Source: Candidatus Latescibacterota bacterium (GTDB lineage Bacteria; Latescibacterota; UBA2968; UBA8231). From it: DNA of 64,000 nucleotides. The notes below the pieces were generated by a model. That model made no database searches. It saw nothing but the letters and a program-made list of their open reading frames with translations, and was not told where the DNA came from. The stretch spans positions 6,080,001 to 6,144,000 of the forward strand of contig OZ244561.1 in NCBI GenBank assembly GCA_965217585.1, read 5' to 3'. A program made the translations under genes and the position numbers. Positions 36,852 to 46,593 of this stretch are shown here, in pieces; position 1 is the stretch's first letter; each line of letters begins with the position of its first letter.

Positions 36852-38768
36852 TTGCGAAATTTGTCGATGTGGAGCGCACTGGGCATTGCGGCGATTGTAG
36901 CCTGTGGACAGCAGGAGCCGACTGCCAAAAAGGAGGAATTACCACTGGCCGAGGTGGGCACAGAGTTGATCACGGATCGGGATATCCGCTACCTGATCGA
37001 CAATGTGGCCGAGTGGGCCAAGAGCGAGCAAGAGGGCGACGCCAAGGTCCACGAATACTTGGAGTCGCTAATCAATCGAGCCCTCATTCTCCGAGAAGCG
37101 CGCGCCGGCAAATTAGACCGGAGTCCGGCGTTTGCCAGCGAGGTAGCGACGGCCCTGCGGCGGCGGCTGATACGAGAGATCGAGCAGCGCGCCGTCGAGG
37201 ACCAGGTCTCCATTACCGAGGAAGAAATGCGGGGCATCTTTGCCGAGCAGAACTGGGAGCGCTGGATCAAAATAGCCCATATCGTCGTACCCACCCAAGA
37301 GCGCGCCGAGGAGGCGATGGCGGCTCTGCGGGCCGGTACCCCCTTTGAGGAAGTAGTGCGCGAATTTTCGACCCATTCGCGCACGGCCGCGCTCGGGGGC
37401 GTGAAACCCCAGTATTACAGCCGCTTCCACGCCGTTCCACTGGTGCGCGATGTACTCTTTAGTCTCAAAGTGGGGGAGATATCGGAGCCTATAGCCGTCC
37501 CGCAGGGCTACGAAATTTTCAAGGTTCTGGACGAGTTGCAAGGGTCTTACGAACAAACTAGGGAATTTCTCTTTAAAACACTGTCCGAGGAGCGGCTGGA
37601 CGCCCGCAGAAAGGCGTATGTGGATTCGCTGGCCGAGCAGTTCCAATTGACTCCGGATCCGCACGGCTTGGGCATTCTAATGGAAATCTTACGCAGTGGG
37701 CGGGAGGATCCGGCGACCGGCAAAATGACGTTCCAGATTCCAGACGGTGCCGCCGAGACGCCCCTCTTCAGGTATGAGGGCGGACAGATTGCGCTCGGGG
37801 AAGCCATATTGCTATCCCCGGTCATTCGCCAAGGCAGAGACATATCCGACAGCACGAGAGTGACCCATTTTCTGGAACTCGACGTAGTAATGCCGCAGCT
37901 CATGTGGATGGAGGCAGATAAGTTGGAGCTCGACCGCGAACTCGAAGAATGGGTCAAGCGCAAGGAAGAAGAAGTGCTGATTGTGACCATGCGCCAGATT
38001 GCCACTGCTACCGACGAGGAGATAAGCCAACAAGAGGTACTCGATTACTACGAAGAAACCAAGGACCAGTACCGGACCGCCTCGGAGGTGAACGTGGTGG
38101 AGATCCAGGTGGCCAGCGAGGCCGGGGCCGAGGGGCTGCTCGCCGAGATTCGCGTCCTCTTCCGCCGGGCCTCTCCTTTGATCGATCTGCTCACTAGAAT
38201 GAAACAAAAGCAGCAGGCCGGGCGGGATCTGACCGAAGAGGTGCAGGCGCTGCGGGAGATGGACGACGATCTCGAGGTTCTGGAATGGCTCCGCCAGCGG
38301 CTGGATGAGCGGGGCGGAGTGGAGACGATCTTGGAGGAAATAGCTACGGCATCGAGTCCAAAAGAGTTGGCCGAAGAGTACATCATGCGGCAACTGGCTG
38401 CCACCCGCAGCCTGCGGCCGGGCGCTAGCGAAACAGAGGGGCACTACCATCTCTACTGGTACGAGACGGCGCGCTTTGGGGATTTGGTCGCAGCGGCCTT
38501 TGAGGGGGAGCTCGGTTCGCTCATCGGTCCCATGCAGGTCGGGCCTTCCTATTCTATTGCCAAAATTCTCAGTCGGCAGGAATCAGAAGCGCGTCCCTAT
38601 GAAGAGCGCGAGAGGCAGATAAGAGCCAATATCCGCAAGGAGCGCGAGAGGGAATTGTTCGGGCGCTGGTTGAAAGATCTGCGCACCTCGTACGCAGATG
38701 AGGTGCGCTATTTCGACGAGAACATCGAAAAGTTAGGTCGGGAATTGACCGCGGAGGGACGCGGATAG
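36852..38768 (+). CDS. Parvulin/PrsA-SurA-like peptidyl-prolyl isomerase lipoprotein
   Basis: GGAGG RBS + TTG; lipobox IVAC; IAHIVV..AEEAMAALRAGTPFEEVVREFS..GG; GEISEPI..GYEIFKV; second degenerate rotamase domain. Confidence 0.8.
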   Translation: MRNLSMWSALGIAAIVACGQQEPTAKKEELPLAEVGTELITDRDIRYLIDNVAEWAKSEQEGDAKVHEYLESLINRALILREARAGKLDRSPAFASEVATALRRRLIREIEQRAVEDQVSITEEEMRGIFAEQNWERWIKIAHIVVPTQERAEEAMAALRAGTPFEEVVREFSTHSRTAALGGVKPQYYSRFHAVPLVRDVLFSLKVGEISEPIAVPQGYEIFKVLDELQGSYEQTREFLFKTLSEERLDARRKAYVDSLAEQFQLTPDPHGLGILMEILRSGREDPATGKMTFQIPDGAAETPLFRYEGGQIALGEAILLSPVIRQGRDISDSTRVTHFLELDVVMPQLMWMEADKLELDRELEEWVKRKEEEVLIVTMRQIATATDEEISQQEVLDYYEETKDQYRTASEVNVVEIQVASEAGAEGLLAEIRVLFRRASPLIDLLTRMKQKQQAGRDLTEEVQALREMDDDLEVLEWLRQRLDERGGVETILEEIATASSPKELAEEYIMRQLAATRSLRPGASETEGHYHLYWYETARFGDLVAAAFEGELGSLIGPMQVGPSYSIAKILSRQESEARPYEERERQIRANIRKERERELFGRWLKDLRTSYADEVRYFDENIEKLGRELTAEGRG

Positions 38769-38966
38769 GATCGGGTGGGAGCATAAGTAAGAATGCCAAC
38801 AATGATTCCACCCTCGCCAATCTATCGCCGCTCAAGCGGAAAAAGAAATAAAAAGCTTGATTTTCATCAGTCGAATTGCGTATCCTACCTCATAATTATA
38901 CATCTATACATCACGTCGAAATCACCGCTGGAATGTTTCCGGTATAGGTGTAAATAAACTTTTAAA

Positions 38967-38979
38967 AATCAATGTCTTG
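38967..38979 (+). promoter_or_regulatory. IHF-like site in an AT-rich promoter region
   Basis: AATCAATGTCTTG matches WATCAANNNNTTR. Confidence 0.35.
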
Positions 38980-39079
38980 TGCCAGAAAGGAGGTGTTCCT
39001 TTTTCGTCGGAGTAAATCAGTCTAGGTCTGGGCTAAGCCCGGACATGTCGCATTGACCTCAACCTTGGAGTTTAAAGCC

Positions 39080-39994
39080 ATGAAGAAATTTGCCCTTATC
39101 GCTGGAGCCATTTTAATCTCCACTACTTGTTGGGCCCATCTACCCGAAGGGGTGGTGAGGCCGGCTGTTCAGTTCCCCACCGGACAGACTCCCATCATCG
39201 ACAGTGATCTGTCCGATTGGGACGTGGTTACTGATCCCTATTTGATCACCCACGAGGATTTGACCGAGACGGTGACCGGATTGGGCACTCAGCGCGATGC
39301 CGCGGATTTGGCCCTACGGGCCTTCGTCGGTTGGAGCCCAGAGACCAACAAAATCTACATCATGGAAGACCGCTTTGACGATGCTGTCTGGGTGGGCGAT
39401 CACAGTTGGGAAAACGCCAAAGGTAGTGGCTGTTCCGCCAATGCTCGCGATTTCCTGGAGATCCAGATCGACGGCGATCACAGCGGCGGTCAGTTCAATT
39501 CCTGGAACGACGACTCCCTAACCCAGGAAGAAAAAGACATTCTGCACGGCCAGCAGGCCCAGGGGTACGGTCTGCGCCCGAACGGACGCTACGCTTGGCA
39601 CAAAACCTACGAGCACGCCTTGCCACCGTTTGGCGACGCGGCCTTCACTTGCACCAGCGGCCCAGGTGAGCCCGGCAACTTCTATGCCGAGTACATGTAT
39701 ACCCCGTGGAACGATCTGCGCTGGACCGACGTACCCAACAGCGTCCAGCATATTCTCCAAGAAAATGAGATCTTCGGTTTCAACTTCACGGTTCTAGATT
39801 CGGACGATGGGGGCGGCTACGATGGCTACTGGACCTTGAGCGGCGACACCAATAGCTGTCACCACGCCGATTTCCTCAGCGACTTTTATCTGAGCCCGGT
39901 TGATCCCGACATCGACTGGGCCTCGCAAGTCCGGGGGGGCACGGCGGTGGAGGAAAAGGGCTGGGGCCAGATAAAGGCCACCTTTGCCGAGTAG
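39080..39994 (+). CDS. Family C secreted CBM9/DOMON-like protein with TAVE..WG.IK tail
   Basis: Signal peptide; PIIDSDLSDW, VGWSPETNKIY, IDGDHSGG, FGFNFTVLDSD; ends TAVEEKGWGQIKATFAE. Confidence 0.8.
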   Translation: MKKFALIAGAILISTTCWAHLPEGVVRPAVQFPTGQTPIIDSDLSDWDVVTDPYLITHEDLTETVTGLGTQRDAADLALRAFVGWSPETNKIYIMEDRFDDAVWVGDHSWENAKGSGCSANARDFLEIQIDGDHSGGQFNSWNDDSLTQEEKDILHGQQAQGYGLRPNGRYAWHKTYEHALPPFGDAAFTCTSGPGEPGNFYAEYMYTPWNDLRWTDVPNSVQHILQENEIFGFNFTVLDSDDGGGYDGYWTLSGDTNSCHHADFLSDFYLSPVDPDIDWASQVRGGTAVEEKGWGQIKATFAE

Positions 39995-40033
39995 TTGTAC
40001 TGCGCAGTGAAGGTTTGGCTGCGCATGATCGCC

Positions 40034-40076
40034 ATGCCGCCATGCCGAGAGTTTCCTCTGGCATGGCGGCATTTTT
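40034..40076 (+). terminator. Intrinsic terminator/attenuator between the family C and family A genes
   Basis: ATGCCGCCATGCC...GGCATGGCGGCAT stem followed by a T-tract. Confidence 0.8.
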
Positions 40077-40118
40077 GTATACGTGGTAGCACGGGACCGA
40101 AAGGGGTAGGAGGTGCAG

Positions 40119-41864
40119 ATGAGGAGGGATTGTTCAATCTCGCGGATTTACCGGCCCCTGCTGGTGCCGCTCTGGTTGGTGCTGGCGGCGGCAGCGCAGG
40201 CTGCAGATACCCAAGTGATTGGCGGCAGTGCAGGCGGGGAGAGCTGGGAGGAAAGTGCCGCGGCAGCGCCGATCATTGATTTTACCAGCCGTCCCGGATG
40301 GATCTTGCCCAGCTTTATCGATACTACTACCAACATCGCCTTGGGGACGTTAGCGCGCGGTGGCAGGGTGGTTTCGCCAAATGCCCAGGCCGTCTTGCGG
40401 GGCGACAAGGAGACGCTGGCAGCAAACCTGGAGAGCATGGTGGACGGAGATCATCAGACGGCTTTTGAGGTCAAGAACATAACTGCTTCGGGCATTCTCG
40501 TGATCTTCGATCTGGGAGCCCGATTCGGGGTGAATCGCATACGCTTTTTCCCGCGCACCTCTTTTCCGGATGATTTCATGAGGGGGTATGCGCTCTTCAT
40601 CAACGACGGTATTTTCGGCGCTGAAATCGTAGCCGAATCCATCGACGGGCTGCCGACCAAAAATCTCTTCGCCCAGATAGATCAGCAGACCGGCAATAGC
40701 CAGGATACTGTAAACGTGCAGTTTCCCCTGCGCTATGTGCGCTATCTCCTCTTGCAAGCCACGGACAGATCCAATTGGGAAATTGACGAGATTGAAGTCT
40801 TCGGGCAGGGTTTTGTCCCCGAGGCTGACTATTTGTCCCAGGTCTTCGATTTTAATCAACCCACGCTCTGGGGCCAACTGCACTGGGCCGCCGAGGCAGT
40901 GGGACATCCCGAAAAGTCCCGGTTTTTCATCCGCACCCGCAGCGGCAGCAGTCCGTCTCCCACAGAGGAGCCGGACGCCTGGAGCCCTTGGTCCGCTCCC
41001 TACCTTAGCGGAGATACTCCGATTCTTTCGCCGGCACCGCGGCAGTACTTCCAGTTTCGCATGGACTTTGAAAGCGACGGTCTGAGGGACGGCACCGCAG
41101 TGGATTCGCTGGCTTTTGAATTTTCCGATCCAGTAGCGGAGTCCATTGTCGGGGAAATATGGCCCCAGGATGTACCGGTTGGGGTGGATACGACCTTTAC
41201 TTATGCCGTCCAAGTGGTCGGCGGCCGAGGTTTCGACCACTTGGAGATCGATAGCTCTGTTCCGGTGCATACGGTTCGGTCGCTGCACCTCGACGACTTG
41301 GAGGTGGAGAATTTCGTCGCGGAGCCCCACGAGAGCGGCCTAGCTGTGACCTTTCCCCGCCAGAGCGGCAGCCACGATCTGCAGGTGGTTTTCGACGCCG
41401 CGATTTTGCGCTACGAGACGGTTTTCAGTGGGCGCCTGCGCGACAGCCAGGCGGACGGCTTGCCCCAGGAAATTGAAGAAGGAGATGCGGCGGGATCGCT
41501 GCTCGGCGACGATTTGAGCGTGCGGGTGCCGCTGGATCAGGACCCAGTCGTCCACCGGGTGACCGTGGCACCCAACCCTTTTACGCCGAATGGAGACGGG
41601 ATCAACGATCAGGCGATAATCAGCTACGATCTACTGCACTTGATAAACGACGTTCCGGTTTCTTTGCGGGTCTACGACCTAGCCGGAAAACAAGTGGCGG
41701 AATTGCCGGTGGAAAACAACCAGAGTGGGCGTCATCTGGTGCACTGGAACGGCCAGAATGACCAAGGTCGATATCTGCCGCCGGGCCTTTACATCTTGCA
41801 GGTGAAAGTGGCCACGGACAGCGGCACGGTGAGCCATAGCAGTCCTATCGCAGTCATCTATTAG
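40119..41864 (+). CDS. Family A (subtype A2) secreted protein with FlgD/CTD-like domain
   Basis: Signal peptide; VDGD..FDLG; IRTRSG; WSPWS; NPFTPNGDGIND..WNGQND..PGLY..IAVIY. Confidence 0.85.
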   Translation: MRRDCSISRIYRPLLVPLWLVLAAAAQAADTQVIGGSAGGESWEESAAAAPIIDFTSRPGWILPSFIDTTTNIALGTLARGGRVVSPNAQAVLRGDKETLAANLESMVDGDHQTAFEVKNITASGILVIFDLGARFGVNRIRFFPRTSFPDDFMRGYALFINDGIFGAEIVAESIDGLPTKNLFAQIDQQTGNSQDTVNVQFPLRYVRYLLLQATDRSNWEIDEIEVFGQGFVPEADYLSQVFDFNQPTLWGQLHWAAEAVGHPEKSRFFIRTRSGSSPSPTEEPDAWSPWSAPYLSGDTPILSPAPRQYFQFRMDFESDGLRDGTAVDSLAFEFSDPVAESIVGEIWPQDVPVGVDTTFTYAVQVVGGRGFDHLEIDSSVPVHTVRSLHLDDLEVENFVAEPHESGLAVTFPRQSGSHDLQVVFDAAILRYETVFSGRLRDSQADGLPQEIEEGDAAGSLLGDDLSVRVPLDQDPVVHRVTVAPNPFTPNGDGINDQAIISYDLLHLINDVPVSLRVYDLAGKQVAELPVENNQSGRHLVHWNGQNDQGRYLPPGLYILQVKVATDSGTVSHSSPIAVIY

Positions 41865-41882
41865 TATCAATAGGGGGGCCAT

Positions 41883-44609
41883 ATGACCAGATGGAGTGCG
41901 CGTGCGGGCCGACAGCTTTTCCTCACAACTGCGGGTATCGCACTACTGTTGAGTATTGCAGCAGTACCCGACGGAGCCGTAGCCCAAGGACTCGATTATG
42001 GCCACAGATTGGGCCTGCAGCGCGGCGGCGAGGTCTCGTACGAACCAGTGGGTTCGGGCGTGCTCTTTGACGCCTTGGACCCAGCCGTGCGGCGCTGGTA
42101 CGTGCCGCAGGAACTCTTCCTGCTCTATCGCTGGAAACAATGGGAGTACACCAATTATGCCCGGGACCACTACCAGCGTTATTTGAATCCCGATATAGAG
42201 GGGGATTATTTCTACGACCTGTATGGGTCTTTCATCACCAAAGGATGGCTCATCTACGATTGGCGCCAGCAGCAGCCGCAGCAGTTCGGCAGCGCCATTT
42301 TCAAAGATCCGCGGTTTGGATCGTGGTTCAACCGGCTGGTCATCTCCTCGGACCGCAGCGGCCAGTACCACATGGCCCTGACCATTGGCGAACAGATCCG
42401 CACCACGCTGACGCCCATGACTTTTTCCAAGCCGGCTTTCGACGGGGTGCAGATGGATCTCCAGTCCGACAAGTACGCGGCTACGATATTGATGTCGCGC
42501 ATCAGCTCGCCGGGCAGAGCGGGCACCATAACAGTGGAAGCGACCAATAGCACCAACCTCTTCGGCTTTAGGGGAACGACTCAGATCGGCGATTTTGTCA
42601 ACGTGGGTGCCACGTATGTCAACGCCCATCATTCCCAGACCCTGATAGAGAGCCTCGAAGGCGACCCCATAAGCGGATCCCTGACCGTGGGACAGAACCT
42701 CGAACCCATCAGCCAGCTCTTCGTCCGTCTGAGCGATGATTCACCCACGGATCGCGAAGGTGGAGCCGCGCTGTTTTCCCACGATATCATCATCGAGGCC
42801 GAGACCGAGGTTGTGGTTGTAACAGATGACGGCGAAGAGAAGATCGAAATTCGCAAAGAGACGGTGCGCGGCAGCGAGATCGGCTTCAGCGCCCTCATCA
42901 ACGGGGGGTTTCGCCGGCGGGGTTTTCTCGCCGCCGACGGCAGCGAGCAGATCGTGCTGACCTATGATTTCACCAGCGAGAACCGCTCGTACAACGGCCC
43001 GGATCTCTCCACCATCCGCAAGGTCACCATCGAATTGGCCGTAGCCAACGACTACCGCATTGAGATGGGGTCGGATCGCCAGACCAATCTGCCCGAGCGC
43101 CAGCCGGTCTTCCTGACTCAGGCGCGGGCTGCGGGCAATGTAAAAGACGGCTCCAATCTGAGATTGGTGCGCTTTGATTACGGTTTGCCCACGGGCAACG
43201 ATATCTTCGGCGGCACCATCGAAGTAAACGATCTGCTGGGCTTTGATCTCTACGCCGAGTTCGATCGCAGCCGGCGCTTCCGCAGATACCCCAATCGCAA
43301 ATTCACCGAACATCTCATGGACTCCGACGAGGCTAGTGCTTGGATGATCAATCTGTCGAGGCGGGGCTATGCCTTCTTCCTTTTTGGTGAAGTCTACAGC
43401 ATGGATTACGACTACGGCACTACCGGCTTGCTCACGGAAGCGAACGGGGACATTGACTACACCAACGAACGCCGGTTTTTCTACGAATTCGTCGAGGACA
43501 ACGACGATCAGGATCGCACTCCCGATTGGCAGCGCGTCAACCAAAGAGGGCCGGACCGGGAAATTTTTCCAGGCTGGGACGAGAACAACGATTTCATCTC
43601 CGATTTTAACCAGAACGACACCGACTTCCGGCCGAATTACATTCCCGATTACGAAGAACCTTTCTTGCGCTACAGCGTCGATCGCCCCGAGTTCCTCTTC
43701 GGAGTGGACATGAACAACAATTTCTGGATCGATCGCTTTGAAAACGACGAAGAGCCCGATTTCCCCTACGACCGCGACCGCCGCGGAGGCAATATCTATG
43801 CAGGTGCTCACATCGTGCCTGGGATGCGGGTGACGGTTGGTCTCAAGCAGGAGCGCACGCTGGCCCGCGACCGGGATGAAAACAGCAGCTACGGGATGTT
43901 CACTTGGGATCGGGATATAGCCGGGTTGGGCCGGCTGCGGGTCTTCGACATGGTCAAGCTGGTCGAGGACACTATCCCGGACGATATCGTCCAATGGGTG
44001 CAGCCGGCGGGTACCGAGGCGAATCTGCAGCGGGTTCCAGACCTGTTGGCCGCTCCCAATACGTGGATAAATTCCGCCTATATCGGGTTTGACTACACCG
44101 GGAGTGCCAAGCTGAAACTGGTCAACAAAGTGAAGTACGATGTCTGGCATCAGCGGGAGGAGCAGGCGGACTTCCGCGACAAGTACCAGTTTTTCGGCCT
44201 CATTAACAAGGCTGAGTACCGGCAACAGTGGGGACGCTTTCGGCTCTTTCCCAAGATCAAAAATGAACTGCGTTTCGAAGCGCCCTTGCTGAGCAACGAG
44301 CCGGTGCGAAAAGAGGACACCCTAATCCTGTTCCTCATTGGCCAGACTCCTATACTGACCGGCTCGGAAGTACAGGTGGGCGTCGAGTACACCCTATTCA
44401 ACCAATTCGAAGAAGACGCGAAAGCCCTAGGTCTACAGGAAGATTTTCAGGAGTTGGTGCTGGCGGTCCAATACTCCAATACAGGCGCTTATTTAGGATA
44501 CGCTTTGACCACCCAGTTGGGTGTGAGAATCCGCCGCATAGACGAAAAGGGACAAAATCCCTCTACGGGCATATCGCAGTTCATTACGGTAATCGCGGGA
44601 CTCGATTAA
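41883..44609 (+). CDS. Family B putative outer-membrane protein
   Basis: Paralog of 18294 with the same ALDPAVRRWYVPQEL and D/N-rich blocks; ends IAGLD. Confidence 0.85.
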   Translation: MTRWSARAGRQLFLTTAGIALLLSIAAVPDGAVAQGLDYGHRLGLQRGGEVSYEPVGSGVLFDALDPAVRRWYVPQELFLLYRWKQWEYTNYARDHYQRYLNPDIEGDYFYDLYGSFITKGWLIYDWRQQQPQQFGSAIFKDPRFGSWFNRLVISSDRSGQYHMALTIGEQIRTTLTPMTFSKPAFDGVQMDLQSDKYAATILMSRISSPGRAGTITVEATNSTNLFGFRGTTQIGDFVNVGATYVNAHHSQTLIESLEGDPISGSLTVGQNLEPISQLFVRLSDDSPTDREGGAALFSHDIIIEAETEVVVVTDDGEEKIEIRKETVRGSEIGFSALINGGFRRRGFLAADGSEQIVLTYDFTSENRSYNGPDLSTIRKVTIELAVANDYRIEMGSDRQTNLPERQPVFLTQARAAGNVKDGSNLRLVRFDYGLPTGNDIFGGTIEVNDLLGFDLYAEFDRSRRFRRYPNRKFTEHLMDSDEASAWMINLSRRGYAFFLFGEVYSMDYDYGTTGLLTEANGDIDYTNERRFFYEFVEDNDDQDRTPDWQRVNQRGPDREIFPGWDENNDFISDFNQNDTDFRPNYIPDYEEPFLRYSVDRPEFLFGVDMNNNFWIDRFENDEEPDFPYDRDRRGGNIYAGAHIVPGMRVTVGLKQERTLARDRDENSSYGMFTWDRDIAGLGRLRVFDMVKLVEDTIPDDIVQWVQPAGTEANLQRVPDLLAAPNTWINSAYIGFDYTGSAKLKLVNKVKYDVWHQREEQADFRDKYQFFGLINKAEYRQQWGRFRLFPKIKNELRFEAPLLSNEPVRKEDTLILFLIGQTPILTGSEVQVGVEYTLFNQFEEDAKALGLQEDFQELVLAVQYSNTGAYLGYALTTQLGVRIRRIDEKGQNPSTGISQFITVIAGLD

Positions 44610-44658
44610 CGCGCACCAGTGCGCGGCCCTCGAACGGGGTAAACCTGGAGGTAGCGGC

Positions 44659-46569
44659 ATGAAAAGAACGATGCCGATTTCGCTGCTTGTAGCCGCTTTG
44701 GCCTTGGCCATGCTGTCGGGGCAATCCAGTGCCTTGGAGATTTTCCGCATTGGTGGCGAAAATTTCCCGCCGCCAGAGGCGTCGGATCCAGCGGTCACTT
44801 TTACCTCAGTGCCGTGGAGTGATTTTCTGGAAAAGGATGGTTTTGACGACGAGGCGTTTGCCGAGGACATCCTGCGGCCCCTCTTCCTGACTCCAGAGGA
44901 CAATATCGCCCTGACCAGTCTGAGTCGCGGTGGCGGGCCTTTGTCGCGCGGCTGCGGGGGGTACCAGTTTCTCCTCGACGGTTGCAATGCTACGCGGATG
45001 GTCGATGGGGATCTTAGTACCTTTTACCTAAAGCAGCCCTACGGCTATGTATTTCAGTCCGGGGACCGCTCGAGTTGGCTCATCTTCGATTTGGGGGGGG
45101 CCTTCTCCGTAAACCGGGTTCGGCTCATCAGTACGCCGGGCACCTCCCTTTATCCAGACAAGCTCCTAGTCACTACTAGCACGATTCCCCAGATTGTAGA
45201 GCGGGGCTCATACGGCGGCGTGGATCCCGGCAGGTCGGTTTTTTCCATAGTAGAAAATACCCAGGATAGCATAGAGGCCGTCTTTCCCACTATGCGGGCC
45301 ACGGAGGTGGGCCTGCTGATCACAGTGACGACCAGCAGAAACATGGAAATATCCGAGGTGGAGATATACGGAGAGGGCTTTGTCAACAGGGCCTCCTACG
45401 TCAGCAAGCTTTTCGACTTAGAGGAACCGGCCATTTTGGGCGAGATGCGCTGGCAGGGCCGGAAAGACCCGCAGGTCCGAATCGACATCCATTCGCGTTC
45501 CGGCAAGACTTTGGACCCCAATATGTACTGGCGCAACACCGGACGGGGGGACGAGCTTTCCCGCTTTGACGAGAATGGGAAGCTGCTGGATGCAAAGGGC
45601 TATGCCGGCTTGAAAACCGGCGAAGCTGCGGAAATTACCTACGATATCGAGAACTGGAGCTTCTGGTCGCCCCCCTATGAGTTCGCCGACAGCCTCGGCA
45701 CTTCCGTGATCTCCCCAAGCCCCAATAACGTCTTCCAATTCCGCGTCGATTTCCAGCCCGATGCCTTGCAGGGCGGGGAGGTAGATTTCGTCGAGTTTTC
45801 GGTCACCAAGCCTCCTTTGGCCCAAAATGTAGTGGGAGAAGTTTACCCTCCCGAAGTGCCTTTGGGAGAGGTCTCGCAATTCACGTACACGATCTCTCCC
45901 ACCATGACGCCGGACCACTCTGGTTTCGACCAGATCGAAATAGCGACCCCCTTTGGCTTTGCCGGTGTCGATTCGGTGCGGGCCACTGGTCTAGTCGATT
46001 GGTCTGTCCAGGTCGAAAGCCCGGATTCGACCCTCTTCTCCGTGAAACTTTCACCGCGTCGGGAAGTGGGCGATCTGGGCGGGCCGATCGAGGTGTACTT
46101 TCGCGCACCAGTGTTGCGCTACGGCACTCCATTCGACGGCTGGGTCCGGGATTCCGACCGTCCCTTGGAATTGGCGCAGCGGATCAACCCGGGCAATGCC
46201 GCGCCCGAATTAATAAGCGAAACCCTCTCGGTGCGCACTTCGCTGAGCGCGCGTCTGCTGGCGGACCTACTGGTCGAGCCTAGGGTTTTCAGCCCCAATG
46301 GGGATGGAGTGAACGATATCTCCAGATTCTCTTTGAATCTGCTACAGGTGACGGAAAATGTACCCTTGAGACTGGAAATTTTCGACCTGTCCGGTCGGCT
46401 GTTGAGCCAGCAAGAAGGGTTGCACGAGAGCGGCCGATTCAGCTTTTCGTGGAACGGTAGAGACGATCAGCAAGAACTAGTAGCGCCCGGCCTCTATATG
46501 TACCGCATCGTCGTGGAGGCCAAAAACGGGGACGATCAGCAAACAGGCACCATTGCAGTGGTTTACTAG
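44659..46569 (+). CDS. Family A (A2) secreted protein with FlgD/CTD-like domain
   Basis: Signal peptide; IFRIGG; FDLG; WSFWSPPY; FSPNGDGVND..WNGRD..PGLY..IAVVY. Confidence 0.85.
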   Translation: MKRTMPISLLVAALALAMLSGQSSALEIFRIGGENFPPPEASDPAVTFTSVPWSDFLEKDGFDDEAFAEDILRPLFLTPEDNIALTSLSRGGGPLSRGCGGYQFLLDGCNATRMVDGDLSTFYLKQPYGYVFQSGDRSSWLIFDLGGAFSVNRVRLISTPGTSLYPDKLLVTTSTIPQIVERGSYGGVDPGRSVFSIVENTQDSIEAVFPTMRATEVGLLITVTTSRNMEISEVEIYGEGFVNRASYVSKLFDLEEPAILGEMRWQGRKDPQVRIDIHSRSGKTLDPNMYWRNTGRGDELSRFDENGKLLDAKGYAGLKTGEAAEITYDIENWSFWSPPYEFADSLGTSVISPSPNNVFQFRVDFQPDALQGGEVDFVEFSVTKPPLAQNVVGEVYPPEVPLGEVSQFTYTISPTMTPDHSGFDQIEIATPFGFAGVDSVRATGLVDWSVQVESPDSTLFSVKLSPRREVGDLGGPIEVYFRAPVLRYGTPFDGWVRDSDRPLELAQRINPGNAAPELISETLSVRTSLSARLLADLLVEPRVFSPNGDGVNDISRFSLNLLQVTENVPLRLEIFDLSGRLLSQQEGLHESGRFSFSWNGRDDQQELVAPGLYMYRIVVEAKNGDDQQTGTIAVVY

Positions 46570-46593
46570 ATCGAAAGGGGTAGAGCATATTTT

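Noticed and set aside
42741-44225. Long antisense or alternate-frame ORFs (e.g. 42741..44225, 15875..17020, 51722..52981, 58665..59750)
   Set aside because: Shadow ORFs of well-supported genes, expected in high-GC DNA; no motifs.
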